A program made the position numbers and the translations under genes. The notes beneath the pieces were generated by a model, which had not been told where the DNA came from, searched no databases, and saw only the letters and a program-made list of their open reading frames with translations. Shown piece after piece: positions 33,092-46,483 of a stretch of 64,000 nt of DNA. Source of the stretch: the human T2T-CHM13v2.0 reference genome, Homo sapiens; assembly GCF_009914755.1 (NCBI RefSeq), contig NC_060937.1; one strand, written 5' to 3'. The first letter of the stretch is position 1; every line of letters starts with the position of its first letter.

Positions 33092-33869
33092 AGCCAAGTG
33101 GTTGTAGCTATAATTCAGTCTTCAAATTCAATTTACCCTCCCACATTTCAGATCTCAGGTAATCCTATGATTTGGGGGGGTTTTAAGATGGAACGATATC
33201 AATGTGGGGATATAGGTTGTTTTCTAATGTGTACAACAGAGGTTTGTAGATAATTCATATTTTATGGCTACAAGAGAAATTTACAACGTGGCCAAACTAA
33301 CAGAATGATGTTGATCAGGTAGGACCTAATAACACATTGTCTGAGAGTAAGCAAACATCCCCCTGGCCCCATCAGGAACAGAATCTGAGAAACCTTGCTT
33401 TCAGCAAGAGCTACAGCTGATGCTGCCTGCAGAGTGGTCTCCACCTTCTTCACACTCACAAGGATGCTGGGTAGATAATGAGGAATCAGCTTTTGCTGGT
33501 TCCCTGGGTATCTTCTGGGCATGAAGCTGTATATTTATTTTTCATGGCACAAGGGTATCATTCATTCAATTGTGACTATAGCCCATTAAATGGGTCTGTG
33601 GTGGGAAGAGCTGAAAAGAGCAGTTCCGAAAGTATCTAACACTGACACCCAGAGAACGGGCTGTTGCGGGAGCTGTCGTGTGTGTTTTGTTACCGATTTC
33701 TTTGTATGTGCATATCCCTCACTCTCACAGGCACCCACCATGTGCCCTGCAGCATGCCATTTTCTGGGGGTACAGAGACGAATATAAAATGCTCCCTGAC
33801 TTTAAGAGGCTCAGGGTACTGTGAGATGCTGACCCAGAATTATAAATCATGCCATCGTGCTATCTTCTT

Positions 33870-34400
33870 TAAAAAAAAATTGTGGTAAAATACACAAAAG
33901 GTACTTTATGTACTTTTCAAATTGTGGTAAAGTAACATAAAATTGATCATTGTAATCACTTGAAAATGTTCAGTTCAATTATATTAAATACATTCATGTT
34001 GTTGGGCAACCGTCACCATCATCCATCTCTAAAACTCCATTTATCTTGTAAAACTGAAACTCTGTACCCATTAAACACTAATGCCCATTCCCCTACCCCT
34101 GCCGCCCACCATCCTACTTTCTGTCTCCATGACTAACTACTCCAGGTACCCACATGTAAGTGGAACCTTATAGCACCGTCCTTAGGTGTCTGGCCTAGTT
34201 CACTCAGCATAATGTCCTCAGGGCTCATCCATGTCAGAATCACACATGTCAGCATGTGTCAGAATCACCTTCTTTTTAAGTCTGGATAATATTCCATTAT
34301 GCATGCGTATCACATTTTGTTTTTCCATTCCTCAGTCAATGGACACTTGGGCTGCTTCCACCTACTGCTCACTGCAAATAATGCTGTTATGAACACGGGT
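33870..34400 (-). mobile_element. L1MB-like 3' end
   Basis: ttgtggtaaagtaacataaaattg...ctgaaactctgtacccattaaac...ggacacttgggctgcttccac. Confidence 0.85.
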
Positions 34401-34428
34401 GGGCCACAGATGTTACATTAAAGAATCT

Positions 34429-34725
<297 letters not shown>

Positions 34726-35373
34726 CTATAAGATGATGTGGAGAATATAGTTTCAAAGAGGCAGAGATGCTTGAACTGACTGAAAAGGGTGCACACTAAG
34801 AGCAAGGCAGACAGGTGCTTGGGGAGAAGGAGGGCACCCTGAGTGCAGGGGATGTGTGTCCATATTGGGAGTTGTGAGGAGAGGGGTGGGAAGGGGAATA
34901 GATTCTACTGTCTTGTTTGTTCTGGTTTAGTTCCTTCAAGAGGCTGTCCTAGTCCTAGCCAAGGGCCCCAGGACACATGTGAAAGGGACATTGCTGGCAG
35001 ACTTAGATACCTGCAAAACCAGCTCACAAAACTCCACACAGCCTCCCAAGTCCCTCCTTGTTTTCCTTTCACTGACTTTGAGTGAGTCTCTGGTGCCTTT
35101 ACTGCCTCCAGCTTGGGGGTCTGATTTCTGAGCACTGATGGGGTCATGGGATCTGGGTCTTCCCTTGGGGGCTGAGAGCCAGACAGGTCCTGTCAGGGTG
35201 GGCCTGGGGCTCATTAAGGTTGCAGCAGCTGCTCACCCAGGCAAGGAGCTGGCCATGTAAGGATCAGATCTGTGATCAAACTGTTTCAGAAAGAAAGAGT
35301 TTGCAGTGAAAGGGATGGGGAGGGAAAGCAAAGCACAGGTTAAAGGAAGGCAAGAAAGACTAAGGAAAGGGCC

Positions 35374-35729
35374 TGATAATGTTTGGCTGTGTCCCCACCC
35401 AAATCTCATCTTAAATTCCCACATGTTGTGGGAGGGACCCGGTGGGAGGTAATTGAATCATGGGGGCAGGTCTTTCCTGTGGTGTTCTCATGATAGTGAA
35501 TAAGTATCATGAGATCTGATGGTTTTATAAGGGGAAGTTTCCCTGCACAAACTCTCTCTTTGCCTGCTGCCATCCATATAAGATGTGACTTGCTCCTCCT
35601 TGCCTGCCATCATGAGTCTGAGGCCTCCCCATCCATGTGGAACTTTAAGTCCATTAAACCTCTCTTTCTTCTGTAAATTGCCTAGTCTTGGGTATACCTT
35701 TATCAGCAGTGTGAAAACAGACTAATACA
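35374..35729 (+). mobile_element. THE1 (THE1A/B-like) MaLR solo LTR
   Basis: tgataatgtttggctgtgtccccacccaaatctcatc...gaaaacagactaataca; TG..CA ends; 5-bp TSD gggcc/ggacc. Confidence 0.93.
35450..35460 (+). promoter_or_regulatory. DUX4-type double-homeobox motif TAATTGAATCA within the THE1 LTR
   Basis: Exact match to TAAYYBAATCA; binding not shown by sequence alone. Confidence 0.55.
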
Positions 35730-36134
35730 GGACCAAAGGATGGAGGAGGAGAAAGGCTGGAACAGAAGCTGCAGCAATGGAGGGGAAGAGAAGGACTTGA
35801 GAAATGCAACAAAGTAAAAATCGACAGAATTAGACATAGGAGTGTTGGTGACACAAAGCCAGAGTTGACTTCCTGGAAAAATCCATGAGTAATTAGGTAT
35901 CAAACAGAGTATCCTGGGTCACGTTAAGCTCCAGCCCTGAGGCCCGGGGCCCACCAACCACAGTAAAGCAGTTCACAGCAGGAAGAATGTTGGTATCCAC
36001 ATTCCACGGTTAGTTTCCAAGACAGGTTAACCTACGTATCACTGATCCCCTTCACACATCCACAAGGAAGACAACAAGCAGACATAGCACTCAATCTTCT
36101 GAAATTGAGAAGAGGCAAGATGCTTTAAACAAAC

Positions 36135-36326
36135 CTTTTCTTGTGATTTAATGAGTGCTGTCAGATGCTTCAGTACCAGAGGCCCACCTGGACTGTACAT
36201 GAAGTTCACATTGTCAAAGATTATCACTCCTTCATGGGGCCAGGCTGGTGGTGGGCGTTTCTGATATTCCCAAGGTGCTTCTTTTTCAAGGTCTGTGTAT
36301 TCAATGACCCTTTCTACTGAGATCAT
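36135..36326 (-). CDS. ABCC4: ABCC4 exon 25 (192 nt, phase 0-0), linker and start of NBD2
   Basis: TTTCAG|ATGATCTCA...GAAAAG|GTTTGT; [19 protein letters not shown]...[36 protein letters not shown]. Confidence 0.97.
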
Positions 36327-36651
36327 CTGAAAGAAATATGACATCCCGAGGGGTTAGGAATGGAGGGTGTCATTTATGGATGTTAAGAGACTGTCAATGA
36401 AATGTTCTTCTTTCATACATAGTTGGTTAAGGAGAGAAGCAGGAGACAGACGAGGATGTTGATGACTTACAAATTTGGTTCATCATTGTGTAACACCTTC
36501 ACTTACAACCACTTCCTTCAACATTAGGTTAAAAGAATGAGAGAAATGAATGCTTAGATTTTATTTATCCACTTCTCACATCTGTATTAAAGGCAAGAAA
36601 ATTTTGTAAAGGAAAGGAATACTTAGAGCCACCAATCAAGAATCTTTTGCT

Positions 36652-36956
<305 letters not shown>

Positions 36957-37676
36957 GAATCTTTTGCTATAGAAGGATCACCTGATATAGGTCAGTTAAA
37001 CTGGATGATCGTGAAACCTCACTGTAATAATTACTCAACTTTTGCTCTATGAGAAGAATGAAAAGATTTTTATGTTTATTGCTTTTCTCTCTTTAGGGGA
37101 AGGTGCAAATATTTAAAACATTGATTAAAGCCTCCTATACCACCATAAACTAATACCCTTTGACTAGCACATTCCAAGAGGAGGCTTTCTGTACCAAGAA
37201 GGCACACCAGCAAAGTTAAGGCCTTCCTCCCTTCTGTTCTTCACATAAGAGAGTAAACGCTAGAACTGGGAGAGGAGGAGACCTATTAATTAAATGTAAA
37301 CAACCTCAAAATACTGAAGTCTTCTTTTAACAGGAATGAGGAATTACCCGTTAAGAAACAAAATTAAACAGGCTTCTAAGAAATTAGCTTATATCCTCTC
37401 TAGAATTTCAGAACCTCCCTCCTACAGAGACATTTATTACATCTGAAAAAGCTTGTGATGAATATAAAACCTGCTGACAGAGCAACCATAAGACTCAGAA
37501 AAAGATGTATATATTTTATTTTACATTAACTTTAAACAGATGGAGGAAGGATCTTAAAAAAAATCTGTTACCAAAGATGTAAAAATAACAGTTTTAATAT
37601 TTCACATAAGAATGGCTTTTATACCATTTAATGGCAAGGAGATTGAAAAGGCAAAGAACGTGAAGGTAAATATTAC

Positions 37677-37777
37677 CATATTCTCAACTTCAGCACTTTG
37701 TCGAACACACCACTGAAACATCCCCATGAGCGTGAGGGCATAGGACAGTGCCAAACCAACCTGCCCGGCATCCAGAG
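37677..37777 (-). CDS. ABCC4: ABCC4 exon 24 (101 nt, phase 1-0), last TM helix; not in ORF track
   Basis: CTTACGTAG|CTCTGGAT...AATATG|GTAATA; (T)[33 protein letters not shown]. Confidence 0.96.
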
Positions 37778-38686
37778 CTACGTAAGGAGGAAGAAGGGAA
37801 TAAAGTCAGTCTCACTTCAAACCTAAGCCTGGCTCCTTCTGCCACTTACCAAGAGGAACCCTTCATAATGTTGAAACAATTCACATTTAATGACATTAAT
37901 AGCTATACTTTTACCATTTGTTGCTTGAGATCAAGATACAATGGGGAAAACAACACTGTATATTTAGAAAAATTTTTAGATGATTTTATGAATTCCAACA
38001 GGATCGACATAGATTTAATTAACAGTATTACAAACGCAAGAAATAATGTCATTATTCAGACATTCATTATTATGGTTTCAAAGCCCATTACATTATTCCA
38101 CTTTCTACGTGCAATGCAACCACAGCTGGAAACCACTAAAAACAAAGCAATAGGTTGTAAGTGCCAATGCTTTTGAGACTAAAATACTACTCTCCTTGTT
38201 CCATTATTAAGTATTGTAATGCACTGTTGTTACTGGGGTGGTGAACTCATGCCCTGCTTGTCTGGTACCCATGTGGCATTGAAGATAATACCCTCCTGCT
38301 GAGAATTTTTCTCAACCTCATGCACCAGGCAACTACAAACAATAGATTCAAGTAGTTGGAAGGCTAACACCCTAAGTTGGACAAAATGCTTCAGAATAAA
38401 TTGGTTTTCTCTTCACAACTACCAGACACTAACAGGAATGTTCAGAATCTCAACTGCGCATATCTCAACCCATTCAAAGAAAGATAAACCCATCAAGACC
38501 CAAATGACTCCTTAAATGAGTCACACTGCTGAATCCTACCCAACCTGACACATCGTAAATGATTTAATACACTTCATTAGGACCAAACAGTATGTAGTAG
38601 TAGACAAGGTGGCAAGAGTTTAATAAATGTAAACACAGCTATAAATTGTAATCATACCATACATAGTTATTCACATCTGTACTTAC

Positions 38687-38797
38687 TTTTTGCCAGAATC
38701 AGGGACCCAAAGGCAACGATGATGACAAACATGGCACAGATGGCATCCAGACGGACGGCGAACCAGCGGGACGTTGTCAAAAACAAGAACCAAGCCT
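38687..38797 (-). CDS. ABCC4: ABCC4 exon 23 (111 nt, phase 1-1)
   Basis: AAATTCAG|AGGCTTGG...GCAAAAA|GTAAGT; (E)[36 protein letters not shown]. Confidence 0.97.
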
Positions 38798-39439
38798 CTG
38801 AATTTGAGAACGGTAATAAGCATGATGAATAAGTAGATGAATGTGCGAGTGTGTTTTGCTCAGTTGAGCTACAGAAGATTTTTACGTGGAGTAGGGCACC
38901 AAAGTTGCACACCCAAGGAACCTTTAGATTCCAGAAAGCTAAGTGATACAGGCAATATACGATACACATACACAATGGTACCGTGGCTTTCTGTGAGGAT
39001 GCATGCGAATATGAAACCCAGAAATATGATCCTAATAAAGAACTGAGAAAAGTAGTCTCATAAGGACATCTCGTACAGTGCTGAGAAATACTTATGTGAA
39101 GTGCATCTCATGTGAAGTCCACCCACACACATGGTTGACTGGTCCAGTTCTCCAACAGCAGAGTGCAGCTCCCAATTTACTTCTCCCACCTTCCATACTT
39201 ACCAGAAGGCCCACACACACTGACTATTGCTTAGGGGCTATATAAAAATGACCTCACTAACAGGATTTGCATGTGGTTTTTTGTTTGTTTGTTTGCTACT
39301 TCTTTTTTCCTTTTAGCATGTGGTTTTTAAAGTGCCATTTAATCAGCAAGATAAAATAAAGATTGGAATGACGGATCTGAATTTTGTAGATTTGGTGGAA
39401 ATTCTGAAATTTCCATATTGAAAAAATCTTCACTGATGC

Positions 39440-39645
39440 AAGGGGTCAGCAAACTACAGCACGTGAGCCAGCACCTATTTTTGTAAATAAAGTTTTATTG
39501 AAACATAGTCACAGCCATTTGCCAATGTATTGACATCTGCTTTTGTGCTACAATGGCAAAGGTGATTAATCACAACAGAGACAATAATGGCACACAATGC
39601 CTAAAACACTTACTAGGTGGCCTTTTGCAGAAAACGTTTGCTGAC
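39440..39645 (+). mobile_element. MER58A-like hAT-Charlie DNA transposon
   Basis: TIRs aggggtcagcaaac / gtttgctgac; internal tttttgtaaataaagttttattg and gcctaaaacacttactaggtggccttt. Confidence 0.85.
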
Positions 39646-39904
39646 AGAGCCACAGGCCATGCATGGTGAGAGAAAGACCCCACAAGCCAGTCAGGGGGCA
39701 CAAAGAGGGAACGTGCAGCAGCGATTCCGAGAGGAGTCCAAGCCCAGAAGAAGGGGATGGGGAAGGAGACGAAGATGCGCAAAAAAAGCAGGATGTGGGG
39801 CTGGGCCCTGAGGTGCCTGCCAACAAGCTCATCTGACCAGGGAGGTTAAGCCAGAAAAAGCAGCAGATCCTGTCCTTTGAAACCATTTCCAGAAATAGAC
39901 AGAC

Positions 39905-40024
39905 CTGAATGTAAATCCTGGTGTGCATCAAACAGTTCCTGACACCTCTCTTCTGCTTTGTATGCCCGGATGGTCCAGAGCCCCTGGAGAGAAGATGACA
40001 AGTGGGAAAACACTGGACTCCGAG
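39905..40024 (-). CDS. ABCC4: ABCC4 exon 22 (120 nt, phase 1-1)
   Basis: TTTCCCCAG|CTCGGAGT...CATTCAG|GTCTGT; (T)[39 protein letters not shown]. Confidence 0.97.
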
Positions 40025-40980
40025 CTGGGGAAACAGACAGAGAAAACAGCTCAGTGAGGCTGGGTGCAGAAAAACCTGCGGCCTCCCAAGCTCCATGGTC
40101 ACGTATCCACCAAACAGCACACGCAGGCCTCCTAGGAGGCTTCATGTTTCAAGGAAAAATAAATGTTCCCAATAGCCTGAGGGGACCCTGCCACTGGAAT
40201 CTCAAGCTCCTGCTCAAACCACACCTCACATAAGGGGCCTGGAAATAAACGTCCTATTTTTGACCACATTCAAATCTAGTTATAATTCTTTCCTTCCTAA
40301 CTCAGCCTTCCAGGTCTTCCTCCTCTCCATATTCTTCCCTGACATCTCTTTGGGCAGAAATGATATTTTTCTGATTTTTGAGCCAGTAGGATTTTAAAAA
40401 ACAATTCTCTGTTAAGAGTACTCACCATACTGAATTACAATTAGCCATCTATGTGTCTGTCCCCACCTTAAATTGCTAATTTCTCAAGGGTCAGCTATAG
40501 CCATTGCACCCTGGTAACTGGATGGTACCTGGCACAGGACAGGTACTCAGTAAGTGAGCTGAACAGACAGACTGTCACTTCCCTGCATCCTGGGGAATCT
40601 TCTGTGCCCACTCATGCTGGAAGAATCCTTTGTGATCTCCATGGACCTGGGTGCTGCAATGCCCTTGTGCCGTGCCCAAGGAACCTGCCCAGCCAAGATG
40701 TCTCTGAATGGTCTTAACATTGGCTCCAGGAACCGGACGGATGTTTTTATGACTGCCCCACTGCAAACTTGTCCTGATCTCTGGAGGTCTCTATGGCATG
40801 TGCCATTGCTTTTTTCAGAATCTGACTGTGGTCTCAGTGGGTTCTTCATCTCTACAGAATTTTAAGAAGTGAATTCTTTTTTGTGTGACTTCTTTTTTCT
40901 TTGGGAGCTGTATATCCCATGAGGTTCCCTGACCAGCTGCTCCTCCTTGAGCCATTGTGTTTTTGTTTGTGTGGTGTAGG

Positions 40981-41495
40981 TTTTTTTTTTTTTTTTTAAG
41001 AGGGAGTTGCCGCCCTGCCCCGACCTGCCCCCGTTCAAGCGATTCTCCTGCCTCAGCCCCCTAAGTAGCTGGGATTACAGATGTCCACCACCACGGCCGG
41101 CTAATTTTTGAATTTTTAGTAGAGACATGGTTTTGCCATCTTGGCCAGGCTGGTCTTGAACTCCTGACTTCAGGTGATCTGCCCACCTCGGCCTCCCAAA
41201 GTGCTGGGATTACAAGTGTGAGCCACCGCACCTGGCCTGTTGGGTTTTTTAGAAACAGGATTTCACTCTGTCACCGAGGCTGGGTGCAGTGGTGTGATCA
41301 TAGCTCACTGCCACCTTGAATTCCAAGGCTCAAGGGATCCTCCCACCTCAGGCTCCCAAGTAGCTGGGACTAGACATGCACACCACCGTGCCTGGATAAT
41401 TTTTGAGTTTTTCATAGAGATGAGGGTCCTCCTCCTGCCTTGGCCTCCCAAAGTGCTGGGATTACAGGCAGGTGTGAGCCACCATTTCCAGCAGG
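40981..41495 (-). mobile_element. Two tandem, internally deleted Alus (40981-41237, 41245-41495)
   Basis: Reverse Alu segments with missing internal blocks. Confidence 0.9.
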
Positions 41496-41800
41496 CCACT
41501 GTGTTTCAAGCACACCATTTGATGACTACCAGGACATACCTCCCTCCTGCATAGCAGCGGACATGAGGGCTAGCTACTTTTGGGCAGGGAGGAATTCCTG
41601 AGAGTTTCAATTGTCTACCATGAATGAGGCCATACTGGGGCAGGTGCATATTGGGGACACGTGACCTAGCACAATGTCTTTAGCATTCTTTTCTGGGATA
41701 AATGATTTGTGCTTTGCAATTAGCAAACACTGACTTTGCTACCTGTGTAGCTCCAGAGAAGACCCTGTTAGTAAAACATGGGGTGTCCGGGAGAAGTTAA

Positions 41801-42110
<310 letters not shown>

Positions 42111-42712
42111 AATCTATCTTACAGGCGATGGCTACATATGTTTTATAAAATGATGAGGGGGTAGGGTGGGGGTAAGGGGCGGAGGGAGTGGAAAATTTAA
42201 GAGAAAAATTCTAACTCATTTTCTGGGTCGGACTCTTAGTACAGCATCCCCATGCCGATCTGTGCTACAGCTGACTCAATACTGGTGTGCCCACTGTACA
42301 CACAGACACTGCACATTTGGGGGTGCTGGGGTACCAGTGTGCCAAGACATGGAGGTTCCACATATATCAGAGTCCAGAGTCCACAGTTCCGTAAGTGAAG
42401 GAGGAGGCCGCCAGGTATGAGACACTGGGGTTCTGAGAAAGTGGGAAGCCCTGGGTTGGGGAAAGGCAGATGGAGCTGCAGGTTACTGACTGTCCACCCA
42501 TCCTTGGGGCTCTTTCCTGACTGATACATCTGACTGGGGGCACTAACTTTTAGGGGCCCTCTCCTGTGATAGTGCTTTAAGAAACCAGACCTTCCCTGAG
42601 CATAGATTCTCCACCAGAATGTGATCTGGCACTTCCCTTATGTCTAATTCAGGCAGAGAGCCTCCCACGAGTCCACAGGGTTCTCTCTATTCTCTATCTC
42701 TGGCATCCACAA

Positions 42713-42912
42713 TGTCTCTACTAAAAATACAAAAATTAGCCAGGTGTGGTGGCGGGCACCTGTAGTCCCAACTACTCAGGAAGCTGAGACGGGAGAATTG
42801 CTTGAACTCGGGAGGTGGAAGTTGCGGTAAGCCAAGATTACGGCCACTGCACTCCAGCCTGGGTGACAGAGCGAGACTATGTCTCAAAAAAACAAAAACA
42901 AGAAAACAAAAA
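42713..42912 (+). mobile_element. Partial Alu, apparent local copy of 44130-44329
   Basis: Shares private variants and tail pattern with the neighbouring Alu; no TSD. Confidence 0.88.
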
Positions 42913-44020
42913 GAGTACTCTTCAACACACAGAGTAACCTTTTACTCGTTATTTGTGTCAGCTCTCTATAACCTGTAACTTTGCACTGGGAAGGTGGCAG
43001 GTGACATGACCGCAAGAGGACTGAGCTGGTGCTTCTGTGAGAAAGGCTGGATGTTCTGCACAGGTCTTTTCTGCACGCCTCAGATGTTCTAGCCTGCACC
43101 CTGGAACTTGGTCAATCTGGAAACAGGGTGATATTGGGAATAACACAAGAGAATTCCAGGCCCCATTACCCTACAAAGAGTTTGGCTCCCAGTAGTTCAG
43201 AGAAATCACTAGAACCATGCTCTTACCTCCAGAGCAAGGGAGTGTTGTGACTGAACGCGTCCATCATATAAAGAATGCCACTGAGAAGGAAGGAGATGTG
43301 GCAGTCATGGGGACAGAGTCCTGGAATGAAATTCTTCAACATAGCTATTGTCATTTGCTTTCCTCATCAGGAGATCCAAGTCGCCACTGTTTTATCTCCA
43401 ACTGGGTTTCAGGGCAGGGTCAACTTGAGAAATTAGGTACCATCCCAGTTTTGGAACACCCGGGAATATCATGAAGATCAAGCTACACACTTTAATTCAC
43501 ACCAAATTACCAAGGTATAGCAGGAATTTGTAACCTTTGAAAAGATAGTCCTTTCTCTTTCACACCCCACTTAGGGCTGAGAGGGCTGCCAGTGAGGGTG
43601 AGCTGGGAGGTCTGCAAAGACAACTAACTAGTACCGAGGGAGAGCGTATGTCAAGCCTCAGCTCTAACGTACTAGTCAGCAGTTTCCAGCTGACACAACC
43701 TGCCGTTTCACAAGATCAATAGCTGTGTTTTCCACAACACAGAGAACTCTTTAGGATACACTCTACAGAGATTTTCTGTCTTCTCTGAAAAGAACATGAA
43801 AAGGAACTGCATGCAAAGATCTGGTCTACCAGTCTTGCTGCGGGGTACTGACGCTGTGTAGGACCTCTCAGGGTTATTACGGTTTTAATTCTCAAGGCTA
43901 TAGCGCCTCTGGTAGTTCCCGTATGTTCAAGGTTTCCAAGCAGTCTCAGGCAACCCTCATAAGTATTATATCCTTGACAGTGGGAAAAACAGACTTGAGG
44001 CATTAAGAACACTGCCCAAA

Positions 44021-44332
44021 GCTGGGTGCGATGGCTCACGCCTGTAATCCCAGCACTTTGGGAGGCTGAGGCGGGTGGATCATCTGAGGTCAGGAGTTCG
44101 AGACCAGCCTGATCAATATGGTGAATCCCTGTCTCTACTAAAAATACAAAAATTAGCCAGGTGTGGTGGCGGGTGCCTGCAGTCCTAGCTATTCAGGAAG
44201 CTGAGACAGGAGAATTTCTTGAACTCGGGAGGTGGAAGTTGCAGTGACCCAAGATCACGGCCACTGCACTCTAGCCTGGGCAACAGAGTGAGACTATGTC
44301 TCAAAAAAACAAAAACAAGAAAACAAAAAAAA
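44021..44332 (+). mobile_element. Alu (AluS-like)
   Basis: TSD aacactgcccaa. Confidence 0.95.
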
Positions 44333-44828
44333 CACTGCCCAAGGTTAAGTAAAGTAAGCCACGCAAGTGGTAGACTTGGGCATGGACTCATATCTGTTTT
44401 ATTTCCAAGGCTGTGCTTTTAATCTGAGCCACAGTATCAGAGAGAGAGAATAATCAGAGTTAAAGGTTCTCATGCATCCTGAGGGCATTTTTCTCCAGAC
44501 TTTGTAGCCCACGCTTTAAAAATCCCCTAATCTTACTTAGCTAATATCCAACAGCCTTCCCTATTCCTGTGCCGGTTATTAACCACCTTGCATTGAACAA
44601 AGTCCCTGGGAATCTAGGATGAACGAACATGGGACACATGGGTTCACACTCATGGCAGACATTGCTAGTGGATCACAATATCTTTACAAACAGAAATTGG
44701 ATACGGCTTCACATTTCAGGCATTGCCAAATGAGTGGAGGTGGCTAGAGAAATGCAGCCAAATGCCATTCCGGTTTTTATGTACTTCTCTATGACTGACT
44801 GTTGATATGGTGACTCTTGCAAACATAA

Positions 44829-45256
<428 letters not shown>

Positions 45257-46180
45257 TAAATGCCGGCTATGACTCCAGGGGCAGTGAGGCAGTCCAACAG
45301 AGGCTTTGGAAATCCTTGAGGGCACAAGGATGAAGCTGGATTATGCCTCCCTGCCACGGCAGTCAGGCATCCTGCTTTCAGCTGGTGACTCCAGCAGTGG
45401 TCTCAAAAACCACGATCCACTGCTGCTGAGAAGAAACAGTGGAATTGTGACTTATGGCAGAGACCCACCACCCTGGACGAATAACAGTAAATAGTTCCAA
45501 CCAACCAGCCCCCGTGGTTGGTGATCTGAGCGCATGGAGAAAGAATCCTGCATATTTAACTCATTGTTACAGCCAATCAGGGTACGGGAACACCCAAATA
45601 TGCCTCAGGGGCCATGATAAGGTTGTCAGAATCTCCACATGAAAATGTTTTCAAGCTTTAAGGTACATGCTGAAATTCAAGAGAGAAAATCCTACACTGC
45701 TTCCCAAAAAGCCTTCCTAAGTCCCCCTTTTCTCCACATCCACATGGATCGGATGTGGCTGTTGACACAGACAGTCTACGTCAAGATGTTCCTTCTGGAA
45801 CGGCTGCTTCCTTCAACATACCACAGACTCCCTTAAAACAAGACTCTCGAATAACTTCATTTCATGAGCGGGCCCAAACCATAAAATGCCTGCACAGCCT
45901 TGCTGTCCACACACAACACTGGCTAGGGCCAGTCATCTGCACAAGGAAGGTCTCCCAGCAATTATACTCTACCTTCCCTAGCAAGTCCTATTGGCCAAGT
46001 GTTACTCACATGTGGACTCCACTGCTCGGCCTGCCCACTGAAAACCTTACAAGACTAGACCTCATGGTAGCTTAGCTGGTTTTCTTGATGACTGAAAAGT
46101 TTTTCTACAACTTTTATGGACTGTCACCCCTTCTACTTCATGCAGACACTTAGGATAAATGCCTCTTAGAGTTCACTGTT

Positions 46181-46483
<303 letters not shown>

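Noticed and set aside
35624-35636. PRDM9 hotspot motif position in the THE1 LTR
   Set aside because: Reads CCTCCCCATCCAT; mismatches CCNCCNTNNCCNC at position 7 and at the last base, so it is the non-hot version.
39566-40120. 184-aa - strand ORF overlapping exon 22
   Set aside because: Alternative frame across an exon and MER58A; no start context or homology.
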